This document shows, piece by piece, positions 1 to 8,332 of a stretch of 32,000 nt of DNA (position 1 is its first letter; each line of letters opens with the position of its first letter). The DNA is from Geopsychrobacter electrodiphilus DSM 16401. Its GTDB lineage: Bacteria; Desulfobacterota; Desulfuromonadia; Desulfuromonadales; Geopsychrobacteraceae. The notes beneath the pieces were generated by a model that was not told the origin of the DNA, did no database searches, and was given only the letters and a program-made list of their open reading frames with translations. The translations under genes were made by a program, and so were the position numbers. The DNA is taken from positions 1,668,894-1,700,893 of the forward strand of contig NZ_ARWE01000001.1 of the NCBI RefSeq assembly GCF_000384395.1. Reading direction: 5' to 3'.

Positions 1-1
1 C

Positions 2-922
2 CCCTTCTCCAAGGACGAACTGCAAAATTTGCGCGATATCGCCAGGAAACAGGATTACGATATTGTTTATCTGCCGGGAGAAGAGAAGGGCGATAAAACC
101 TTCAAAGCGTTAATCTCCTCTAATGGCAGTGATAAGTTCTATCAAGATTTTCCCTTCGATATAACACCTACAGATGATAATCGGCCCTTCTTCTACTACA
201 TGCTTAAGCCGGCCTCCTTTATGAACCTTTTCTCCTTTCCAGAGCGGAGTCCGTTTGAAGATCGTGCCATCCTCGTTTTACGTAACCTGTTGCTCGTTAC
301 CGCCTCACTGGTTGGCCTCGTGTTTGGGTTGCCTCTATTGTTGAACCGAAAAAAAGGTGGGACCGGGGTGGTTGCCCTGCGTCGTGCAAGTTACTTTAGT
401 TGTCTTGGCCTTGGCTTTATGATGATTGAAATCGGATTATTACGTCGTTTTATCCTGTTCCTTGGCCAACCGATTTACTCTCTGGCGGTGATTCTTTTTT
501 CATTGTTGATTTTTTCGGGTATCGGTAGTCGCCTCTCGGCGAGTAAATCCGGGGATAGAACCTTTCTTCGCCGGATTTTATTGGCACTTGTCTTGCTCAT
601 ACCAATTTACTGTTATCTTCTGCCAGGTGTCTTATCCAGCATGGTCGGTCTGTCGTTGCTGATGCGTTGTCTGATTGCGATTCTGCTTCTGGTTCCACTT
701 GCGCTGTTGCTGGGTATGCCCTTGCCACTTGGCATGGCCCTGTTGCACCACGATGGAAGTGCCGTCCCCTGGAGTTGGGGGATTAACGGAGCCGCGAGTG
801 TGCTTGGGACGATCCTGGCGGTTATTGTTGCGATGAATTTTGGTTTTAACGTCACGATCCTTATGGGGGCGGGGTTCTATCTGGTCGCCGGTTTTTTGCT
901 CCCACGGAGTCAAGCCCAGTGA
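2..922 (+). CDS. Fused MFS/spermidine-synthase-like membrane protein, C-terminal part (5' end outside window)
   Basis: The frame stays open from base 2 (PFSKDELQNLRDIARK...), so the track's M at 29 is internal. The soluble segment ends in the ...DITPTDDNRPFFYY motif typical of membrane-fused aminopropyltransferase-like proteins. About 5-6 hydrophobic helices follow. The stop overlaps the next start (GTGA). Confidence 0.5.
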   Translation, partial: PFSKDELQNLRDIARKQDYDIVYLPGEEKGDKTFKALISSNGSDKFYQDFPFDITPTDDNRPFFYYMLKPASFMNLFSFPERSPFEDRAILVLRNLLLVTASLVGLVFGLPLLLNRKKGGTGVVALRRASYFSCLGLGFMMIEIGLLRRFILFLGQPIYSLAVILFSLLIFSGIGSRLSASKSGDRTFLRRILLALVLLIPIYCYLLPGVLSSMVGLSLLMRCLIAILLLVPLALLLGMPLPLGMALLHHDGSAVPWSWGINGAASVLGTILAVIVAMNFGFNVTILMGAGFYLVAGFLLPRSQAQ

Positions 923-1983
923 GTTTTTTTATGCGTCTTTTGGTCCTTGTGTTGCTCCTGTTCGTTCAGGCCTGCTCGTCAGGGGAGACTGGCATTGAAG
1001 GGGTTTTGTCGTTTGAGCAGAAACCTGTCAGTCAGGCTCGGGTTGAATTTTATCTGAAAAGTGGTGAAAAACGTTCATCTTCCCCCTTCAGCGTCGCCAC
1101 GACTGATGCTGAAGGGACTTTTCATGCAGCATTGCCACCCGGCGCTTATTATCTGGTGGGCAAGAAGAAGGAACAGGGTGGCGGGGTTAATCGTATGTTG
1201 ATGATTGAGTACCCGAAAAACCCGGTGGTGGTGAAAAAGGGCTACAGTTCCATAGACAACCTTTCACTACGAGAGGTCGGCTTTGAGGGAGCTATTTCTG
1301 CCGATGGCAAGACAGTTGCGCGTGGGCAGCTTATGTATGCGGGTCAACCTCAACCTGATGCCTTTGTATATGTCTATACCCATGGGGGTGCTTTGACCGG
1401 TCCGGCCTATGGTCAGGTAGTACGCGCAGATAGTAACGGGCGCTTCGTACTTAATCTCTCGGCCGGAAGTTACTGGTTGGCAGCACGTAAGCGTGATGAT
1501 GGGTCAAGAGCTGGAGGGTTAAGCGCTGGTGATCTGAATGGGGTGTATGCAGGGAACCCTCTGATTGTTAAAACAGGCGATCACCCTGATTTGGGGAAAT
1601 GGCTTCTCGAACCCGTAACCAGCGCTTCCCGGCAGCGCCGTCTAGCCTTGGGCAAGTTCGCAAAAACGACCACCTGGGTGAGTGGGAGAGTTGTCGATGA
1701 GGATCAGAGGTCTGTTCCAGGGATCTATCTCTTCGCCTATCACGATAGTCGCATGATCGGGAAGCCGAACTATATCTCATCACCTACAACCGCGGATGGC
1801 AAGTTCAGAATTTATCTTGAGCAGGGTGGAGAGTATTTTATCGGCGCACGCAGTACCTTTGGTGGACCTCTGGAGCCAGGAGAATGGGTGGGAACCTTTG
1901 ATCAAAGTCCCGACCATCGGGTGAAGACGACGACCGGGGAAGCAACTGAGCTCGGCGACATCCTGGTGCGTGAGGTTTGGTGA
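919..1983 (+). CDS. A1: secreted lipoprotein with three CarboxypepD_reg-like (transthyretin/Ig-like) modules
   Basis: GTG start 9 nt after GGAG. Signal peptide plus lipobox (LLFVQAC). Three modules show the pattern G.V....G.P......V..Y........TTD.(D/E)G.F...L(P)PG.Y(Y/W)L. Paralog of the genes at 3170-4195 and 5525-6559. Confidence 0.7.
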   Translation: MSFFMRLLVLVLLLFVQACSSGETGIEGVLSFEQKPVSQARVEFYLKSGEKRSSSPFSVATTDAEGTFHAALPPGAYYLVGKKKEQGGGVNRMLMIEYPKNPVVVKKGYSSIDNLSLREVGFEGAISADGKTVARGQLMYAGQPQPDAFVYVYTHGGALTGPAYGQVVRADSNGRFVLNLSAGSYWLAARKRDDGSRAGGLSAGDLNGVYAGNPLIVKTGDHPDLGKWLLEPVTSASRQRRLALGKFAKTTTWVSGRVVDEDQRSVPGIYLFAYHDSRMIGKPNYISSPTTADGKFRIYLEQGGEYFIGARSTFGGPLEPGEWVGTFDQSPDHRVKTTTGEATELGDILVREVW

Positions 1984-3173
1984 TGCGTCTGCTGCTTCTG
2001 TTTCTTATGTTAATCTTTTGGAGTTCGATGGCTGAGGCCCGAATTATTCGAGGGCTTGAACATTGGCAAGGAGTGGTTCGGCTTTCTGAGAGCTTGCACG
2101 TTGAAAAAACCGGACGTTTGATTCTTGCACCGGGAACTCATGTCCAGTCTAACTTTGAGATAGAAGTTTCAGGTGTATTGCAGGCAACTGATGCCGCGTT
2201 CAGTGGTGAGGACTGGCCTGGTCTGGTCCTGAAAGGGACCGGTCCAGAGACCAAGCTGATGAATTGTCGCTTTTCTGGAGCACAAACTGCAATTACGGTC
2301 ATTGGAGGTGCGCCCCAGTTCAGCAGGTTAACCCTTGAAAATAATCGGATCGGCATAGAATTACGTCAGAAGACGGCGGCGTTGGTCGAGAATTCGACTT
2401 TTCGCAAGAATAACCGCGTTGGCCTGTTTTTAAAGGATGGCACCACCGCAACGGTCAAAGGGAACCTTTTTACCCAGCAGGGGAAATTTGGCGCATATAT
2501 TTATCGGGCAAAACCTGCAGTATTTGCGGGTAACCGGTTTACCGAAAATCCAACCGGCTTAATGATCTCTCACTATGGAAGTGATCCGTTGGTTTTTAAT
2601 AATTCTTTTGAAGGGAATTCTCTTGGCATTATGGTGGATCGGTCAGCGAATCCCAGGGTTCAAAAGAATGTCTTTGATGCTAATGTAACGGCCATAAAAC
2701 TTTACCGTCGCTCAGATCCCCTGATCGAAAAGAATCAATTTCAACGAAACCATCAGGCGATCCACATCAGTTTTTCTTCCTATCCCCAGATTCACTACAA
2801 CGATTTTATTTCCAACGGGAAAGCGCTGGTTCTGGAATTTCAGTCTTCCACCTGGGAAACGCAAAAAGGGGCAAGTGCCCGTCAGAAACAGATATCAGGG
2901 CAAGGCGCTTTTGGTGGACAGAAACAGGGGCAGGTTACTGAAGAACAGCGTCGCGCCCGCAATCTTGATGGAACCATTGATGCACGACAAAATTGGTGGG
3001 GGACTACCGAGACGCACGAACTTTTGAAGCTGGGGGCGGCCGCGAATTTACCCTGGATCGTTGATGGGAAAGATACGCCATTTTTTGAAGAGTCCGGCCA
3101 GGAGTTCCCACTTGATCAGGTTCGCTGGAGTCCTTACGGAAGCCATGCCTATTCTTCAGAGGGTTTGCCATGA
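1983..3173 (+). CDS. B1: secreted right-handed parallel beta-helix repeat protein (NosD/PbH1-like) with C-terminal NWWG module
   Basis: ATG at 1983 overlaps the A1 stop (TGATG); the track starts at a TTG at 1977. Signal peptide MRLLLLFLMLIFWSSMAEA. About 9 tandem 22-23 aa repeats of the form N.F..N..G(I/L).....S.P.(I/V).., for example NRFTENPTGLMISHYGSDPLVFN and NSFEGNSLGIMVDRSANPRVQK. NWWG is at 2991-3002. Confidence 0.7.
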   Translation: MRLLLLFLMLIFWSSMAEARIIRGLEHWQGVVRLSESLHVEKTGRLILAPGTHVQSNFEIEVSGVLQATDAAFSGEDWPGLVLKGTGPETKLMNCRFSGAQTAITVIGGAPQFSRLTLENNRIGIELRQKTAALVENSTFRKNNRVGLFLKDGTTATVKGNLFTQQGKFGAYIYRAKPAVFAGNRFTENPTGLMISHYGSDPLVFNNSFEGNSLGIMVDRSANPRVQKNVFDANVTAIKLYRRSDPLIEKNQFQRNHQAIHISFSSYPQIHYNDFISNGKALVLEFQSSTWETQKGASARQKQISGQGAFGGQKQGQVTEEQRRARNLDGTIDARQNWWGTTETHELLKLGAAANLPWIVDGKDTPFFEESGQEFPLDQVRWSPYGSHAYSSEGLP

Positions 3174-4195
3174 GAAAGTTTCTCTTTATTTTTGTTTGTC
3201 TCCTGTTTCTCCCGTCAGTTTTGTTGGCCGCTTCAGGGGTTAAGGGGCGGGTTGCCTGGCGCGGTGAGTTGATCCCCGGAGTGACGATAAAGGCTTATCA
3301 TTCAATTGATGCAATTGCGTTAAAAAAGGTGTTTGCTGTCTCGGGACCAACGGGACAGGACGGTACTTATCAACTTGAACTTCCCCCTGGACGTTATTAT
3401 CTGACCGCCGGTAATGGGTCCCAGCCTGGAGACTACTTCTGTTATTACAGTGGGGCACCGATTGTGGTTCCTGCAACAGGTTTTCGTCAGGTCGGTTTTA
3501 ATCTGATCCGTATTCCCCAACCCATCGAATCACGGACAGGAAAGCGTTCAGGGCTATGGGGTGAGATCAGCTTTCAGGGTCAGCCGCTAGAGCGCACCTA
3601 TCTCTATGTTTACAAGTCAACCGAAACTGACTTTAAAGGACCGGCATGGTTTCTCCAGCCTGTCGCAAAGGGAAAGTTTCGCATGTTTTTGCCCCCTGGT
3701 GACTATTGGCTCCTTGCGCGTAAGCGGATAAAAGGTGGACAGTATGGTCCGATTGAAATCGGGGATTATTTTAATTTCTACTATGGGAACCCGATCCATA
3801 TTGATAAGAACCAGCAACGTAACATCCAGCTGGAGACCATTACCCGGTTGTCGATGTTGGAAGAGGACTCGAGTGCCCCATTTGTCGGCATTTCAGGTCA
3901 AGTTGTCGGTTTTAAAGGTCAGCCCGAGGCCGGATTGAGGGTTTTTGCTTATCGCAGTAATAAAATGACAGGGACCCCGGCTTATATCTCTGCAACTACC
4001 GGCGAAGATGGACAGTTCAGACTTTCGATTCCCGAAACGGGTAAGTACTGGTTGCTGGCCCGTCAGGAACTCGGTGGTCCCGCTAAAACCGGCGAGTTAT
4101 ACGGCAAACTGACAATGAATCATGGGGAAGCTGTGGTTTTATCAGATTCTCAAATGAGCAGAGAGGTGCGAATTAATGTTGTCCCGCATCCTTAA
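3170..4195 (+). CDS. A2: secreted protein with three CarboxypepD_reg-like modules (paralog of A1/A3)
   Basis: ATGA overlap with the B1 stop. Signal peptide MRKFLFIFVCLLFLPSVLLAAS. Shares the motifs YWLLARKR...GP.E.GDYFNFYYGNPI and ARQELGGPAKTGELYG with A1 and A3. Confidence 0.7.
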   Translation: MRKFLFIFVCLLFLPSVLLAASGVKGRVAWRGELIPGVTIKAYHSIDAIALKKVFAVSGPTGQDGTYQLELPPGRYYLTAGNGSQPGDYFCYYSGAPIVVPATGFRQVGFNLIRIPQPIESRTGKRSGLWGEISFQGQPLERTYLYVYKSTETDFKGPAWFLQPVAKGKFRMFLPPGDYWLLARKRIKGGQYGPIEIGDYFNFYYGNPIHIDKNQQRNIQLETITRLSMLEEDSSAPFVGISGQVVGFKGQPEAGLRVFAYRSNKMTGTPAYISATTGEDGQFRLSIPETGKYWLLARQELGGPAKTGELYGKLTMNHGEAVVLSDSQMSREVRINVVPHP

Positions 4196-5528
4196 ACTTC
4201 TGATCGGCTTGCTTTTTCTGCCAGTTTTGGTGATGGCGCAGCCCATGAAGATTGACGCAGACACCCTGTGGCAAGGGACCGTCAAGGTGACAGCCCCAGT
4301 CGAGGTAACGGCTACCGGGACACTGCGCATCGCCCCCGGGACGCATATCGAGGTATCCAATATTGCTGCGACTATCTCGGTACAGGGTCAGCTCCTAGTT
4401 GATGGAACCGCCCAAAAGCCGGTCATTTTCAAGACAGTTAAAGGTTGGCAGGGGATTAGTTTTGTAGAAGCCCGGCCTGGGAGCCGGATCAGTTTTGCAG
4501 AATTTAAAGACTGTGCTCAAGCTCTGGGAATTATCGCCACATCGCCAAAAATTAACAATAATTCATTCACTGATTGTGATGTCGCGATAAAGCTGCTGCG
4601 GGAATCGAGCGCTGAAATCATTAATAATCACTTTGTCGATAATGGCCTGGGGCTGGGGATAGAGATGCGTTCGGCGCCCAGGGTTGTCGGTAACAGTTTC
4701 AGTGGGCAAAAAAAGAGTGGCATTACTGCATCAAATAGTAGTCGCGGGCTGATCGAGAGCAACACCTTTACCAAAAATGAACAGGGTGTAAGCCTTTTAC
4801 AGCAATATCCTGACAAGATCCGCAAAAATAGTTTTCTTGATAATCGGGTTGGTCTCTACTGCTATCAGACGCAAAACACTCCGGTGGTCGAGGAGAATCT
4901 TTTCGTCAATAATGAATACGCTCAGGTTAATTTTTCATTTTCCTTCCCTGTCGTTAAAAATAACCGGTTTATTAAAAACAAGACGGCTCTGCAGAACGAT
5001 CAGTTCGGCTCTGCGCTGGTGGAAAATAATCTGTTTCAAAAAAACGCAACCGCTATCTTTAATAACCGCAAGTCAAATCCCAGGGTTCATTTGAACAGTT
5101 TTGTCGAGAATAAACTTGCACTGTTTGTTGATTATTCGTCCTATCCCCTTGTCCATCAGAATAATTTCGAAAAAACTGGCGAAGGTGCTCACCTTGGGAT
5201 TTACCAGAGTGCCGATTGGGAAAAACGCTCAGGCTCCAAAAAGTTGGTCATGAAAAATGCTCAGGCACGCGGTAGCAAAAATGCCATGCTGGGTAAGGCC
5301 CCGACCGAGTATACCGATATTGTTGACCTTTCTGATAACTGGTGGGGTGACCAGACCAGCGCGCTCAAGAATGCGGCAAACGGTCAAAATTTAAATTTCT
5401 TTTATGATCGCAGGGATAAGCCATCAGTCGTTTATACTGACTTTGGTCCTGACAGTTATCAACTTGATATAATTAAATTCAAACCGATTCTGCTGGAGCC
5501 TGTGCCTGGGGCAGGACTCTTGCCATGA
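4176..5528 (+). CDS. B2: secreted parallel beta-helix repeat protein with C-terminal NWWG module (paralog of B1/B3)
   Basis: ATG 9 nt after GAGAGG, with a 20-nt overlap onto A2. Signal peptide ending VMA-QP. About 11 repeats (NSFTDCDVAIKLL.., NHFVDNGLGLGIE.., NSFLDNRVGLYCY.., NLFQKNATAIFNN..). NWWG is at 5337-5348. Confidence 0.7.
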   Translation: MLSRILKLLIGLLFLPVLVMAQPMKIDADTLWQGTVKVTAPVEVTATGTLRIAPGTHIEVSNIAATISVQGQLLVDGTAQKPVIFKTVKGWQGISFVEARPGSRISFAEFKDCAQALGIIATSPKINNNSFTDCDVAIKLLRESSAEIINNHFVDNGLGLGIEMRSAPRVVGNSFSGQKKSGITASNSSRGLIESNTFTKNEQGVSLLQQYPDKIRKNSFLDNRVGLYCYQTQNTPVVEENLFVNNEYAQVNFSFSFPVVKNNRFIKNKTALQNDQFGSALVENNLFQKNATAIFNNRKSNPRVHLNSFVENKLALFVDYSSYPLVHQNNFEKTGEGAHLGIYQSADWEKRSGSKKLVMKNAQARGSKNAMLGKAPTEYTDIVDLSDNWWGDQTSALKNAANGQNLNFFYDRRDKPSVVYTDFGPDSYQLDIIKFKPILLEPVPGAGLLP

Positions 5529-6559
5529 ACATTATACGTGCAATACTGTTTTTACTTTGTTGTTCAGGTAGCGTCATGGCGACGCAGGTCGAAGGCCGAG
5601 TAGTTTTAAACGAAAAGCCTCTCGCCAGCATGCAGGTTCAAGCTTACTCCGATCTTGACCCCTCGGGGAAACCGCTCGGTTCTATAGCAACAACTGATAC
5701 AGAGGGTTTATTCAGCCTGGACCTTCCCCCTGGTTTTGTCGCGCTTTATGCCCGTTCGAAGGATGGTCGCTACTTCGCCTTTTGTGGGCGGAATCCTCTG
5801 CAGGTCGGCTCTCTGCGGGTATGGGCTGGATTGCAGGCTGTTGAGGTGACTGATCCTGTTTTTTCAGTCTATGATGACCAGTATACGGCTTCCCTTGAGG
5901 GTGTAGTTACTTTTGAGGGTAAACCGATATCAGACGCTTTTGTTTCGCTGTATCTTGATGTCGCAGATGATCTGAAGGGCCAGGGGTATCGGCACTCGGC
6001 TGGTACCGGTGCGGATGGCTTTTTTGCTTTTGATGGCTTGCCGGAAAGTAATTACTTTTTGGTGGTGCGCAAAAGGCAGAATCTCGAACCTGTAGGGCCT
6101 TTGGTTGATGGTGATTTTATGGGTGTTTATGCAGGCAATCCGATAAGTCTGAAATCCGGGAGGACGGCCGTTGTCACTCTGCCGATGGTTGAACGTAAAT
6201 CAGGCTCCCGAAAAGGAGCACTTCCTGATCGCCCAGGCCCGATCAAATTGGCGGGACGCATAGTCGATATTTCAGGGAAGCCTCTGGCCAACCTACATTT
6301 TTTTGCGTATCGCGATCCTGTGATTGGACATCAGCGACCGGACGTTTTAAGTGCACAAACAGGCGCTGACGGTCAATTTGAGGTCAGTTTCCGTGAGCCG
6401 GGTATTTACTATGTTGGTGCTCGTGAAGCATATGGCGATTCGCCCGCTCCTGGGGAACTCTTTGGTCTTTATTCCGGTCGTGCTGATCATGGGTTGCAGA
6501 TTGTCGTTGGAAATAATGATCCGGTCGTGATTCAGGCGACCCCGATCCGTCTTGATTAA
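5525..6559 (+). CDS. A3: secreted protein with three CarboxypepD_reg-like modules (paralog of A1/A2)
   Basis: ATGA overlap with the B2 stop. Signal peptide ending SVMA-TQ. Motifs YFLVVRKR...GPLVDGDFMGVYAGNPI and AREAYGDSPAPGELFG. Confidence 0.7.
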   Translation: MNIIRAILFLLCCSGSVMATQVEGRVVLNEKPLASMQVQAYSDLDPSGKPLGSIATTDTEGLFSLDLPPGFVALYARSKDGRYFAFCGRNPLQVGSLRVWAGLQAVEVTDPVFSVYDDQYTASLEGVVTFEGKPISDAFVSLYLDVADDLKGQGYRHSAGTGADGFFAFDGLPESNYFLVVRKRQNLEPVGPLVDGDFMGVYAGNPISLKSGRTAVVTLPMVERKSGSRKGALPDRPGPIKLAGRIVDISGKPLANLHFFAYRDPVIGHQRPDVLSAQTGADGQFEVSFREPGIYYVGAREAYGDSPAPGELFGLYSGRADHGLQIVVGNNDPVVIQATPIRLD

Positions 6560-6572
6560 CAGGGGAATTCTC

Positions 6573-6872
6573 ATGTCCACTAGTAAATCCAAGCCTGCAC
6601 TTGAAATTCAACTGGAGAACGATGTCGCTCAGGGCATTTACGTCAATCTTGCTGTCGTAAATCATACTGATACCGAGGTCACTCTCGATCTAATTTATGT
6701 TCAGCCGCAAGAGTTGCGGGGCACTGTTCGCTCCCGCGTGATCGTATCACCGAGGCATGCAAAACGGTTGTTACGTGCATTGCAGGAGAATCTCGACCGT
6801 TACGAGCAGACTTTTGGAGAAATTAAAATAGAAAACACCCTCATAAAGCAGGATGTCAGTCCTTACCATTGA
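6573..6872 (+). CDS. DUF3467-like small protein (no signal peptide)
   Basis: ATG at 6573 lies 7 nt after AGGGGA; the track's TTG at 6552 is less likely. The segment ...LEIQLENDVAQGIYVNLAVVNHTDTEVTLDLIYVQP... matches my recollection of the DUF3467 core (E..GVYAN...I.H...EF.LDF). It is the only product in this operon stretch without an export signal. Confidence 0.55.
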   Translation: MSTSKSKPALEIQLENDVAQGIYVNLAVVNHTDTEVTLDLIYVQPQELRGTVRSRVIVSPRHAKRLLRALQENLDRYEQTFGEIKIENTLIKQDVSPYH

Positions 6873-7705
6873 TGAAAAATCTTCTTCTAACCCTTCTGTT
6901 TTTGTCGCTGGCTGTCTCCTGCGCGCCGCTAAGACCCCTTGAAGTTTCCGATCTGGTGATTTCCGACGCGCAGGTCTGGCAGGGGGATATTTATATCTCC
7001 GGGGTTGTTCGGGTTACTCGTGAGGGAAGTTTAACCCTTTTACCCGGAACTAAACTTGTTTTTAAGCGCATGGATCTTGACGGTGATGGGATCGGTGACG
7101 CAGCACTTGTTGTTGAAGGGAGTTTTGAGGCACGAGGAACGATCGAACGGCCCATTTTACTGACCAGCGGTGAGCCTGAGCCTAAACCGGGGGATTGGAA
7201 ATTTTTGTATTTTGATTATGCGCGTCAGGTCGAAATTTCACATTTGGTTTCAGAATATGCTTACAGCGGGGTCCAGATTCATTTTTGTCGCGCGCTAATT
7301 ACCTCGAGTGAATTTCGTAATAATGTGGATGGGGTGCGTTTTTCGACTGCGAATATTACGCTTCGACACAGTTTTCTTCATCACAATCGGCATGGTATTC
7401 GCTTTGAAGAACGAGGAGGACGTGGGATTATACGGCAAAACAGGATCAGTAATAATCAGATCGGGGTCTTTGTCGTCACCCGTGGCGCAGGGCGGACCCA
7501 TTTTGAGCAGAATGATATTGTCGAAAACCGGCCCTATCAAATAAAAATGGGCCTCGAACAAAAACACCCGCTCGACTTTCCTCGCAACTGGTGGGGAGAT
7601 GTCAGCGGTCTCTCGGTTGAGACAGTTTTTGATCAGCGTAAAGATCGTGCGTTAGGCCTGGTTTCTGGGACTGAGCCCTTGAATAAGCCAGTAACGGAGT
7701 TTTAA
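6872..7705 (+). CDS. B3: short lipoprotein parallel beta-helix repeat protein with C-terminal NWWG module
   Basis: ATG at 6872 overlaps the DUF3467 stop (TGATG). Lipobox LSLAVSC. The N-terminal box VWQGDIYISGVVRVTREGSLTLLPGTKLVF is shared with B1 and B2. About 5 beta-helix repeats. NWWG is at 7586-7597. Confidence 0.65.
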   Translation: MKNLLLTLLFLSLAVSCAPLRPLEVSDLVISDAQVWQGDIYISGVVRVTREGSLTLLPGTKLVFKRMDLDGDGIGDAALVVEGSFEARGTIERPILLTSGEPEPKPGDWKFLYFDYARQVEISHLVSEYAYSGVQIHFCRALITSSEFRNNVDGVRFSTANITLRHSFLHHNRHGIRFEERGGRGIIRQNRISNNQIGVFVVTRGAGRTHFEQNDIVENRPYQIKMGLEQKHPLDFPRNWWGDVSGLSVETVFDQRKDRALGLVSGTEPLNKPVTEF

Positions 7706-7726
7706 GGAAAAGGAGTCGGTAAGGTT

Positions 7727-8323
7727 ATGAAAATTGTGAGCTCGGTATTGGTGTTGCTCCTGTTATTGTTTTGCTCTGTCGTAAACGTTTCGGCCTGTGT
7801 CGGAAAAACGCTTAAAATTGGGACCTCCGGTACGGTTCAACAGGAGGTTCTTGCCAACATTATCGCTGAGCTGATCAGCGAACGAACCGGTACGACAGTA
7901 AAGGTGGTGCCCTTTAAGGACAGCGCTGATGCGCATGCAGCCTTGCTGAAGGCCGATATTGACATGTTTGTTGAATACACCGGAGTCAGTCAAACACAGA
8001 TTCTGCAAGCACAACCGCTGAAGGATGCAACCGCCCTTTATAACTCCGTTAAGGATCGCTACAATCAGGATCTGAATCTTATCTGGCTGAAACCTTTTGG
8101 TTTTGATGCAGCGCAGAGTCTGGGCGTCTCCTTGCCGGCTGAAGCGGCCCCAGTTGTCCGCAAAGACACCCTGAAAAAGTTCCCGGCTTTGGCCCGCTTG
8201 ATTAATAAACTCGGTGGTAAAATCGACTTGCAGACTATTGCGCTGTTAGAAAAGGAGTCTGCCTCGGGAGTCCAGCCGAAGCAGGTCGCTCATGGTTTTC
8301 TCAAGAACAATCGCCTGATTTAG
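7727..8323 (+). CDS. Minimal OpuAC (glycine-betaine-type) substrate-binding-like lipoprotein
   Basis: AAGGAG-type RBS. Lipobox NVSAC. The N-terminal lobe pattern GKTLKIGTSGTVQQEVLANIIAELI...ALLKADIDMFVEYTGV...LIWLKPFGF resembles OpuAC/OsmX binding proteins. At 198 aa it is roughly two-thirds of the usual length. No ABC permease or ATPase gene is nearby. Confidence 0.5.
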   Translation: MKIVSSVLVLLLLLFCSVVNVSACVGKTLKIGTSGTVQQEVLANIIAELISERTGTTVKVVPFKDSADAHAALLKADIDMFVEYTGVSQTQILQAQPLKDATALYNSVKDRYNQDLNLIWLKPFGFDAAQSLGVSLPAEAAPVVRKDTLKKFPALARLINKLGGKIDLQTIALLEKESASGVQPKQVAHGFLKNNRLI

Positions 8324-8332
8324 GTATTGTCT

